Part shown: positions 1 through 7,367 of the stretch, one piece after another
Layout: each line of letters opens with the position of its first letter
Numbering within the stretch: position 1 is the stretch's first letter
Assembly (NCBI GenBank): GCA_046318155.1
Contig: JBKCUU010000031.1
Coordinates: 1-19,551 of the forward strand
Reading direction: 5' to 3'
Length of the DNA stretch: 19,551 bases
Source of the DNA: Bdellovibrio sp.
GTDB lineage: Bacteria; Bdellovibrionota; Bdellovibrionia; Bdellovibrionales; Bdellovibrionaceae
Notes under the pieces: generated by a model
Told to the model about the DNA's origin: nothing
Databases searched by the model: none
Seen by the model: the letters and a program-made list of their open reading frames with translations, nothing else
Program-made: the position numbers and the translations under genes

Positions 1-109
1 AAATTTTCATAAGTTTGTTAAAAAAAGAAATCGTCAGAATTTCGAATGAAAATTAAGAAAATTAAAATTCCAATGATTAACCCAATCGATTACTCATTGT
101 TTTCTATAG

Positions 110-657
110 CTGCCTACATATCAATACGATGCCAATGGCAACGTCTTAAGTAAAACAACCAATTACGTCGGTCGCAAATCTTATAATTACTCCTACAATT
201 CGAAGAATCAACTGACGCGAGTTGAGGTCTTACCGACGACAATGGGCTCACCTGAGAAAATAGTTGAAATGAAATATGACCCACTCGGGCGCAGGGTTGC
301 CAAAATTGTGACTGATCAAATCAACCCGGCGCAGTCCTATGTACGACAATTTGAGTATGACGGCAGTGACATTGTGGGAGAGAAAAACGGCTCGGCGCTG
401 ATTGCCTCCTACACGCATTCAACTTTAGCGCCAGATGATGTCCTTGGCGTTTACTATCATTCCTCCGCAGCTGCGGCAGGCGTAGTCGCATCTGGACTCG
501 AGGGAAAACGGTACTACCCTCTGAAAGACTCGTTGGGTTCGACGACAGACCTCACCGACGATACGGGACAGATCGTTCAGAGATACGAATACTCGTCTTT
601 TGGAAAATATTGAGAATCCAAGATGGCGTGGGCACTGACACGACAGCTGCTCCGTAA
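110..657 (+). pseudogene. RHS/YD-repeat protein fragment (truncated at both ends, frameshift near 604-607)
   Basis: The frame of ORF 242..613 is open from 110, after TAG at 107-109. It reads YQYDANGNVLSK...YSYNSKNQLTRV...MKYDPLGRRVAK...FEYDGSDIV...YYPLKDSLGSTTDLTDDTGQIVQRYEYSSFGK, which are classic YD repeats plus the start of the RHS core. No ATG precedes the first repeats. After the A4 run at 604-607 an alternative frame continues ILRIQDGVGTDTTAAP to TAA at 655-657. The RHS-core end motif (GRF...DPxG) and toxin C-terminus are absent. Confidence 0.85.
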
Positions 658-797
658 GCGCGCCATGAATCTTTTTTGCTAAACAGGGTTCTCAGGTGTT
701 AAAATGACGTCGGCCAGGCGTTCAAAATCCTCAATATTTTTCGCCAGCGGTAGTTCACCTTCGTGAGCCTACTTCGCTTGGGCTGGATGTTTTAAGC

Positions 798-1778
798 CTA
801 TTGACCCATGACGTAAGCAAACACCAAAGGTGCCACGATGGTGGCATCGGACTCGATGATAAACCGAGGCGTATCCACCTCGAGTTTGCCCCAAGTGATT
901 TTTTCATTGGGAACCGCGCCCGAGTACGAACCGTATGAGGTCGTCGAATCCGAAATTTGGCAGAAATACTTCCAGCATTTGGTGTCGGTGTATTCCAAAT
1001 CTTGGTGAAGCATCGGCACCACGCAGATCGGAAAATCACCCGCAATGCCGCCGCCGATTTGAAAAAAGCCAATGTCCGCTTTTTTCGACGCAGACATGTA
1101 CCACTCCGCAAATGAAGTCATGTACTGGATTCCGGACTTCATGGTGCGAACATCTTTGATCGTCCCTTTGATCGTGTGACCGGCAAAGATGTTGCCCGTC
1201 GTCGAGTCTTCCCAGCCAGGAACGACCATCGGCAGATTCTTTTCGGCCGCGGCCAAGAGCCACGAATTTTTAGGATCAATTTGGTAATGCTTTTTGAGCG
1301 CTCCGCTCAGCAAGATCTTGTAGAAAAATTCGTGGGGTAAGTAAGACTCCCCTTTTTTATCGGCGTCCGTCCAGACATCGATGATCGCGCCCTCGATGCG
1401 GCGGATCGCTTCTTCTTCGGGAATGCAGGTATCAGTCACACGGTTGAGGTGACGGTCCAAAAGCTTTTGCTCGTCTTGGGGCGTGAGTTGACGCCAGTCA
1501 GGGATGCGAACGTAATGGTCATGCGCGACCAAGTTGTAAACGTCCTCTTCAAGATTGGCACCCGTGCACGAAATCGCATGCACTTTATTTTGACGGATCA
1601 TCTCCGCAAGTGAAAGCCCCAGCTCGGCCGAACTCATCGCTCCGGCCAAGGACACCAACATCTGGCCACCTTTATCAAGATGCGCGCGGTAAGCAACGGC
1701 GGCATCTTTGAGCGCGGCCGAGTTAAAGTGACGGTAGTGGTGATCAATAAACTGAGAAATAGGTCCGGCTTGTGCCAT
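798..1778 (-). CDS. Deoxyhypusine synthase-like protein (bacterial DHS family, probably polyamine/homospermidine synthesis), 326 aa
   Basis: DHS-family motifs GAMSSAELG, SCTGANLEED, RVTDTCIPEE, IGGGIAG and GSYSGAVPNEKITWGK, with the catalytic Lys in WGK. ATG at 1778 is preceded by the SD GGAGG. Confidence 0.93.
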   Translation of the reverse strand: MAQAGPISQFIDHHYRHFNSAALKDAAVAYRAHLDKGGQMLVSLAGAMSSAELGLSLAEMIRQNKVHAISCTGANLEEDVYNLVAHDHYVRIPDWRQLTPQDEQKLLDRHLNRVTDTCIPEEEAIRRIEGAIIDVWTDADKKGESYLPHEFFYKILLSGALKKHYQIDPKNSWLLAAAEKNLPMVVPGWEDSTTGNIFAGHTIKGTIKDVRTMKSGIQYMTSFAEWYMSASKKADIGFFQIGGGIAGDFPICVVPMLHQDLEYTDTKCWKYFCQISDSTTSYGSYSGAVPNEKITWGKLEVDTPRFIIESDATIVAPLVFAYVMGQ

Positions 1779-1796
1779 CGGGTCCTCCAAAAAAAA

Positions 1797-1958
1797 TTAA
1801 ATGTGCCGTTCGCTTGAGATTTGCGCAAGCATTTCGAGACGTTTTTTTTCGCGCGCCTCAAGGTCGACTTTGCGGTGGTGGCGGAGTGTGGCAATCACGA
1901 ATCCAATCCCAAAAATCAAAACGAGCGCCCCCATCAAAAGAAAAAAGGCAAGAGCCAT
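1797..1958 (-). CDS. Small single-pass membrane protein, 53 aa (MALAFFLLMGALVLIFGIGFVIATLRHHRKVDLEAREKKRLEMLAQISSERHI)
   Basis: The ATG overlaps the tcdA stop (TAATG at 1960-1956), with an SD-like AAGGGAGA just upstream. It has one ~22-aa hydrophobic helix followed by a charged tail, and its stop lies 18 nt before the DHS start. Confidence 0.75.
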   Translation of the reverse strand: MALAFFLLMGALVLIFGIGFVIATLRHHRKVDLEAREKKRLEMLAQISSERHI

Positions 1959-2833
1959 TAGTTGTTCTCCCTTTCGGTGCGGCGGACTTTGCTGGGATTG
2001 ACAGGTTCGAGCAGATCGCGGACGACCCACGAAGCCATCGCCAAGCCAAAAGCGCCCGTCACAAAGCTGGCGGTTCCATAAATCGTATTGCGCTTATCAC
2101 AGGAGTGCAGATCATTTTGACCCTGAGGACAAACGCACTGAAAGCCTTTGCCGCCGTCATAATTCAGCTCAACAGGTTGTAAGGGCTCCTCGGCCGAAAA
2201 CACCGTGGGGATCCCAAAACTCCCCTTTGCGGGAAAATCGTGCTTCTGCCGCAAAATCTTGCGCATTTGCGCGGCCAAGGGATCGGTGTGTGTTTCGCTC
2301 ATGTCTTTGAGCTGAACTGACATCGGGTCTAAGCGAGCTGCGGCCCCCGTCGAAGAAATGACTTTGATCCCCAGCTGCCGGCAGGTGGCCAGCAAATGCG
2401 CTTTGGCGGTCAAGTTGTCGATACAATCCAAAACGTAGTCAGGTTTGCGCGACAAGATCATCTCGGAGTTTTCTTGATTGTAAAACACTGGAAGATCTTC
2501 AACTTGAGACTGGGGATTAATCTTTCGCAGACGCTCACCCATGATGTGGGACTTTTTTTGACCCACAAGACCTTGCAGAGCGTGCAATTGGCGGTTGGCA
2601 TTGGTGATGCAAATTTCATCAAAATCGACCACGGTCAATTGGCCCACGCCCGACCTCGCCAAACTCTCGGCGGCCCAGGATCCCACGCCGCCAAGGCCGA
2701 TCACCATCACGTGGGTGCGAAAAAGCTTTTCCATATTCTGATCGCCGACCAAGCGGCCCATACGATCAAAACGACGGTGCAAAACGTATTTAGTTTCTGG
2801 AGGCTGAGGCAGCGTTTCGGCTTTGATTTCCAT
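1958..2833 (-). CDS. tcdA: tRNA threonylcarbamoyladenosine dehydratase (ThiF/E1-like family), 291 aa
   Basis: Motifs VIGLGGVGSWAAESLARSGVG, DFDEICITNANRQLHAL, DCIDN, DPLAAQMRKILR, PTVFSAE and GTASFVTGAFGL are characteristic of TcdA/CsdL. Start set at MEIKAE (2833); an alternative is MGRLVG at 2761. Confidence 0.9.
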   Translation of the reverse strand: MEIKAETLPQPPETKYVLHRRFDRMGRLVGDQNMEKLFRTHVMVIGLGGVGSWAAESLARSGVGQLTVVDFDEICITNANRQLHALQGLVGQKKSHIMGERLRKINPQSQVEDLPVFYNQENSEMILSRKPDYVLDCIDNLTAKAHLLATCRQLGIKVISSTGAAARLDPMSVQLKDMSETHTDPLAAQMRKILRQKHDFPAKGSFGIPTVFSAEEPLQPVELNYDGGKGFQCVCPQGQNDLHSCDKRNTIYGTASFVTGAFGLAMASWVVRDLLEPVNPSKVRRTERENN

Positions 2834-3614
2834 ACAGGAGTTTCTCGAGATTTTCGCGGCTCTTGTCAAGAACTTGGGTACGCGAAAGCCCCTTGATTTG
2901 CGCCACAGCGTCTGCCACCTGCAATAAGGTGCTGGGCGAGTTGTGACCGGGCAAAATCCCGGGTGGTGGCTGATCAGGACTGTCGGTTTCGAGCAAAAGA
3001 AGATCGAGCGGAACGGCTTTGACCGCTTGGTGAAGCCGCTTAAAATCGGGACGACAAACCGGTCCACCGACCGAGATCATCAGTCCGCGCGCGCACCAAT
3101 CTTCGGCCTCAGCTGCCGACCCCGTAAAGGCATGAACCATCCCGCGAACCTTGTCGCCAAAGAGCTCGAGCACCCGCAGCGCTTCGGCATGCGCCTGAAC
3201 CAGGTGCAAGACAACAGGCAAGTTTGCGATTCTCGACATCTCGAGCTGAGATTCGAAACACGCGATTTGCCGCGCCTCCGAGTCTTTGCAAATATGCGGA
3301 CGAAAATCCAAACCGGTTTCCCCCAGCGCGCTGGCGCCCATCATGTCGCGCGCCAACTGATCAAGCGCCATTTCACATTCGGGGCCTGAATGATCGCTGA
3401 CCCAATAAGGGTGCAGGCCATAAACAGGCAAGAGCCCCGCAAACTGAGCCGCCAAAACGCGCTGCCGGGCCCAATCTTCGGGTCCAACCCCACCCTGAAG
3501 AAACGAGTGGACGCCTAAGGCTTGTGCCTGCTCGACCAGGGTCTGCACATTGTCGATGCGAGGGTCGGCGAAATGAAGATGGGCGTCGGCCCAGCCTGGG
3601 AGCAATCGGTTCAT
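2790..3614 (-). CDS. tatD: TatD-family metal-dependent hydrolase/DNase, 274 aa
   Basis: Motifs DAHLH, GLHP, GETGLDF, VVLH, HAF and LLLETDSPD. Start set at MNRLLPGWADAHLH (3614). The longer ORF-track N-terminus overlaps the divergent gene. Confidence 0.9.
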   Translation of the reverse strand: MNRLLPGWADAHLHFADPRIDNVQTLVEQAQALGVHSFLQGGVGPEDWARQRVLAAQFAGLLPVYGLHPYWVSDHSGPECEMALDQLARDMMGASALGETGLDFRPHICKDSEARQIACFESQLEMSRIANLPVVLHLVQAHAEALRVLELFGDKVRGMVHAFTGSAAEAEDWCARGLMISVGGPVCRPDFKRLHQAVKAVPLDLLLLETDSPDQPPPGILPGHNSPSTLLQVADAVAQIKGLSRTQVLDKSRENLEKLLYGNQSRNAASASRN

Positions 3615-3622
3615 GGTTCCAA

Positions 3623-3631
3623 AGTCTAGCA
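3623..3631 (-). promoter_or_regulatory. Extended -10 promoter (TGcTAGACT), 8 nt before the tatD ATG
   Basis: The minus strand reads TGCTAGACT-ttggaacc-ATG. Confidence 0.45.
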
Positions 3632-3707
3632 GATGCGATCCGGACTCCAAATAAAATGCGCAGATTCCGATGAGCTTTTGCACACCGCAAACAGGAGCGC
3701 TTTCAAG

Positions 3708-4748
3708 ATGAAGACAAAGAACCAGAAAAATGGAGTTTGGCTGGGTTATGACGTTCTCACGGCGGCGGGATCCTTTCCCCTGCCTCAGAAAATCTGCTTC
3801 TGGGAGCAGCACAAGTACAAAGATACCGAGCCCGAAGCCCCTTTTCACTACGCCGCGGATGCTCTGGTGGGCCTCTCTCTCGTGCACCTCAATCCGCATT
3901 TGCAAAATCCCTTTACCAGCCCGCAAATGAACTACAGCTTTGCCAATGAATCTTGGAATGCACTCGAGCCTCATCACGTGTTGTTTGCAAGGTCTCAGCC
4001 ACGCATTCAAGCCTTGCGTGATCAGATGAAAGACGTCCCTTCAGAAGCCGTGGGGCACTTTGAGCGCAACTTTTCCGAGGTGCTTGAGTCCGCCAAAGAG
4101 CCTTGGGGTTTTGATCTGACGAAACTTCATGAAATGGTGGATGCCATCGATTACCTCGAGGCCAAAGACGAACGTCCTCTCCTTTACAATTTTAAGACGC
4201 GTTTTTCTCGCGAAGTTTTGATGCAAATGCACTACCTGCATTCGATGCTGTTCAATTTGCGCGCGCTGATCGCCATGGACTACAACGCTCACGTTCAAGA
4301 TCCCACCCACGAAGCGGCTAAGATCGATTCGATTTCTGATTATTTGCCTAAGGCCGAATATGTTGCCAACGATGCTCTTCTTTACTGGTCGTTTAAACGC
4401 ACCAAAGAAGAAATGCCCAAGTCTGCCGTCGAAAAAATGGAGCAGGCCTTCTACACGTACTCACACAACGCGGCCGTTCTTGTTGAAAGCTTGCCCCAAA
4501 GTTTTTTGAAGCAGATGAATTGGACTGAACTTGAAGAGACGTTGTACGTGGTGCAAATGGATTGGCTCCTGGGCACAGACGCGGGGCTCTTGTTTCGCCT
4601 CCGCGAAGAGCTGTACGGCTTGGTTGAAGGCTACGACAAAGTTTTCTATCCCGAGCTGGAAGGAAAACCAGCTCAACCCGCACGTGCTCTCAAGATCAAC
4701 GTTCAGGTCACACCCGAGACGCTCTACCCGTCTTCTGAAGCCGCCTAA
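3708..4748 (+). CDS. Hypothetical cytoplasmic protein, 346 aa, family not recognised
   Basis: Long ORF with natural protein composition that fills the gap between tatD and dedA. AGGAG at 3693-3697 lies upstream of ATG 3708. No signal peptide or TM segment; ends ...PSSEAA. Confidence 0.8.
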   Translation: MKTKNQKNGVWLGYDVLTAAGSFPLPQKICFWEQHKYKDTEPEAPFHYAADALVGLSLVHLNPHLQNPFTSPQMNYSFANESWNALEPHHVLFARSQPRIQALRDQMKDVPSEAVGHFERNFSEVLESAKEPWGFDLTKLHEMVDAIDYLEAKDERPLLYNFKTRFSREVLMQMHYLHSMLFNLRALIAMDYNAHVQDPTHEAAKIDSISDYLPKAEYVANDALLYWSFKRTKEEMPKSAVEKMEQAFYTYSHNAAVLVESLPQSFLKQMNWTELEETLYVVQMDWLLGTDAGLLFRLREELYGLVEGYDKVFYPELEGKPAQPARALKINVQVTPETLYPSSEAA

Positions 4749-4763
4749 TCAGCAAAGAGAAAC

Positions 4764-4782
4764 CGGCCGTCTTAGGCGGCCG
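4764..4782 (-). terminator. GC-rich hairpin between convergent genes, possible intrinsic terminator for dedA
   Basis: CGGCCGTC-TTA-GGCGGCCG is an 8-position inverted repeat with one non-Watson-Crick pair. On the minus strand it is followed by GTTTCTCTTT. The dedA stop codon forms the loop. Confidence 0.45.
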
Positions 4783-5437
4783 AACTCTGAGTCCGCAGAT
4801 ACACCTTTCGCACAATGAAGAAGACCAAGGCGACCGCCAAGGCTCCAAAAATCACAAACTTAAATTTTTGTAAGGCCTCAAGAATTGGTTCGCCGTAATG
4901 GTAGATCAATAAGATTTGCGTCGGCACACTAATCAGCGCTGCGAATCCATCCACTAAAGCAAACTGCCACATCGGAAAGTTTGTCATGCCCATCGCCACA
5001 TGCGCTGGAAAGCGCAGGCCCGGAGTAAACCGAAAAATGAACGCAGCGTAGACGCCGTACTTTGTCATAAACGCATTGACGCGTGCCATGACCTTGTCTG
5101 TGAACAAGCGCTTAAACCAACTGCGCTTCATGAGCTTGCGTCCAAAGAACCGCCCGATCGAAAAGATCATCAAGTCGGCAAAGATGACAGACACCAGCGT
5201 GATGGCCGCCGCCTCGTAACCGTTAACCACGGGCGCTCCCGGATACGGGGGCGGAAAGTGTTCGGGATGTGCGCCCATGTAGGTGATGATACCCACACTG
5301 ATGATGGTGACTTCTTCAGGAAGTGGAAAGCCAAAACCGCTGGCCATCATCATGGCAAAAACGCCGAAGTACACAACCTCGGGTTGGTAAGCATATTGTG
5401 CCAGCCATTGAAAAATCGGTTCCTGAGCAAAAGACAT
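4772..5437 (-). CDS. dedA: DedA/VTT-family membrane protein, 221 aa
   Basis: Motifs GFPLPEEVTIISVG, ADLMIFSIGRFFGR and FIFRFTPGLR, which match the DedA signature (acidic residue, D..Y/F..GR and R-F-x-P-x-x-R). Multiple hydrophobic segments. Confidence 0.92.
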   Translation of the reverse strand: MSFAQEPIFQWLAQYAYQPEVVYFGVFAMMMASGFGFPLPEEVTIISVGIITYMGAHPEHFPPPYPGAPVVNGYEAAAITLVSVIFADLMIFSIGRFFGRKLMKRSWFKRLFTDKVMARVNAFMTKYGVYAAFIFRFTPGLRFPAHVAMGMTNFPMWQFALVDGFAALISVPTQILLIYHYGEPILEALQKFKFVIFGALAVALVFFIVRKVYLRTQSSAA

Positions 5438-5444
5438 TCTTCAA

Positions 5445-5453
5445 AAACTAACA
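5445..5453 (-). promoter_or_regulatory. Extended -10 promoter (TGtTAGTTT), 7 nt before the dedA ATG; probable leaderless transcript
   Basis: The minus strand reads TGTTAGTTT-ttgaaga-ATG. No clear SD. Confidence 0.45.
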
Positions 5454-5502
5454 TTGTTTCTTTCAATTGCAGACCCTCGTTGCATCGTGCTAAGGCCCTT
5501 CT

Positions 5503-6429
5503 GTGGAAATCTCCTCACGCATTCGATTTGAAACCGCCCAAGGTCCCACCAATTGGCTGGACTTTCTGCAAGATCATTTCGCACTGAGCAAAAGTGCTTG
5601 CGAAGAACTCCTTCGATTGGGCGCCATTTATTGCAATCAAAAGCGCTGGCCCCAGGCAGACCCGCTCAGCAACGCAATCACCCCTACCTCTCAACTGCCC
5701 CTGTTTCAGGCAGATGACGTGATCCGCGTGCATCTGCAGCCCAAACGATTTCCGCTGTCGCAACTACAAAAGATTCAAATTCTTGAAGATCAACCCGATT
5801 GGGTCGCCGTTTGGAAACCCGCCGGCATTCCTGCGCATGCCACTTTGGACAATCAAATTGAGAACAGTAAAACCTACGCCGAGACCCTGTTGCAAATTCC
5901 ACTCTGGGGACTGACCCGCCTCGATGTGGGAACGCGCGGAGTTTTGATGCTGGCCAAATCAGCACGGGCGGCGCGTGAACTCAATGAAACCGTTTTACCA
6001 CAAGCCGAAAAAATTTATGAGGCCTTGAGTTCCGGGACGATCGGTAAACCCATGGGGACTTGGATTCATTGGATGAAAAAGAGTGACCGCGCCCCGCGCG
6101 AGGTCAGCCGCGAGCAACACGGTGACTTTCAAATTCGTTGTGAACTTGAAATTTTATCCAGAGTCGCCGTACCCGCGGCTCACGCGACACTGGCTCATCA
6201 AAGCATCCGTTTACTCACGGGCCGAACGCATCAAATCAGAGTCCAATTGGCGCATGAGCAGTCACCTATTCTCGGGGATCCGATGTATGGCCCTGGGCCT
6301 TGCCTCAATCCCGACTTTGAAGAGTTCGCCTTGTCGTGCGAATCCTTAAGCGGAGACTATCGAGGTCAGAGGTTTTCTGTGTCCCGCCCCCAGGGCGTGG
6401 CGCCATTGATCGATGCTTTTAGTATTTGA
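5503..6429 (+). CDS. RluA/RluD-family RNA pseudouridine synthase, 308 aa
   Basis: Motifs WKPAGIPAH, TRLDVGTRGVLMLAK (catalytic Asp), KIYEA, TGRTHQIRVQLA and PILGDPMYG. The N-terminus is S4-like (LSKSACEELLRLGAIYCN). GTG start. Confidence 0.92.
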   Translation: MEISSRIRFETAQGPTNWLDFLQDHFALSKSACEELLRLGAIYCNQKRWPQADPLSNAITPTSQLPLFQADDVIRVHLQPKRFPLSQLQKIQILEDQPDWVAVWKPAGIPAHATLDNQIENSKTYAETLLQIPLWGLTRLDVGTRGVLMLAKSARAARELNETVLPQAEKIYEALSSGTIGKPMGTWIHWMKKSDRAPREVSREQHGDFQIRCELEILSRVAVPAAHATLAHQSIRLLTGRTHQIRVQLAHEQSPILGDPMYGPGPCLNPDFEEFALSCESLSGDYRGQRFSVSRPQGVAPLIDAFSI

Positions 6430-6463
6430 AGACTCTCTTCACGACAATGGTGCCCACGAGGAC

Positions 6464-7354
6464 TCAAAGGTCGAAACTAAAATTTTTCATGATTTCATTG
6501 GCAATGGGATTTTGGATTTTGCGCTGAGCTGCAATCAACCAAATCTCTTCGATGTGACCTTCGAGCTCGCCGATCTTGAACATCGCGCCGTCTTGTAACG
6601 CCGAATCCACGGCGTGCTCCCCGATCACGATCAAGCCCTGACCATCGGCGGCCAGAGTCTTCATCAGCGCAGTGTCTTGGGTCTCGGCCACGACATCGAT
6701 CTGGATCAGATGATTTTCAAAATAATGTTCAAGCTCATGCCTGACGCGTGAGTGGGCCGTGGGCACGATAAAAGGCTGACCCACCAGCGAACGCGGAAAG
6801 TTTTGGCGCAAATTAACAAACTTGCGCGAGCCGCACACGATCAGCGGCATCTTAACGAGCGACTTGGTGAAGAGTCGTTCTTCGGTTAAACTCGGCGCCG
6901 CCGCATTCGAGAGAACCAAGTCCAAGCGGTGCTCGATCAGTTCTTTGATCAGATCCGGCCCATCACCTTCAAGGATCGATATTTGGCAGTCCGCTTTGGC
7001 GTAAGCACTTCGCATCAGTGCATGGACAAGCGCCTTAGGAACACTGTCCAGCGCACCGATTTGCAACTTCAGACGCTTTTGCTTGTTGGGCCGGTCGGCC
7101 ACGGTTTGTAGCATTTCTTCGCCCAAGTGAAAGATCTCATTGGCGTAAGACAAAACGACGCGCCCCATTTCGGTCAGCACCAAGCTTCGATTTTTGCGTT
7201 CAAACAATTGATGACCCAAAAAATCTTCGAACTGCTTGAGCTGCATACTGAGCGTGGGCTGACCCAAGCGGAGCTTTTGCGCCGCTTTCGAAATGCTTCC
7301 TTCGGTCGCGATGACTTTGAAGTAATAAAGGTGATGGTAATTAAGCTGGATCAT
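6464..7354 (-). CDS. LysR-family transcriptional regulator, NhaR-like, 296 aa
   Basis: N-terminal HTH LNYHHLYYFKVIATEGSISKAAQKLRLGQPTLSMQLKQFE...LFERKNRSLVLTEMG. IGALDSVPK and HRLDLVLS are typical of the NhaR subfamily. Confidence 0.92.
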   Translation of the reverse strand: MIQLNYHHLYYFKVIATEGSISKAAQKLRLGQPTLSMQLKQFEDFLGHQLFERKNRSLVLTEMGRVVLSYANEIFHLGEEMLQTVADRPNKQKRLKLQIGALDSVPKALVHALMRSAYAKADCQISILEGDGPDLIKELIEHRLDLVLSNAAAPSLTEERLFTKSLVKMPLIVCGSRKFVNLRQNFPRSLVGQPFIVPTAHSRVRHELEHYFENHLIQIDVVAETQDTALMKTLAADGQGLIVIGEHAVDSALQDGAMFKIGELEGHIEEIWLIAAQRKIQNPIANEIMKNFSFDL

Positions 7355-7367
7355 CCCGAAGGATTGT

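Noticed and set aside
1..109. CDS in the AT-rich left edge
   Set aside because: All six frames hit stops within a short distance. It could be the last codons of an upstream gene but cannot be assigned.
2834..3067. N-terminal extension of the TcdA ORF
   Set aside because: It lies within tatD in another frame and has no ThiF-like character.
3615..4010. Long N-terminal extension of the TatD ORF in the ORF track
   Set aside because: It is antisense to the 3708..4748 gene, and TatD motifs start right after Met 3614.
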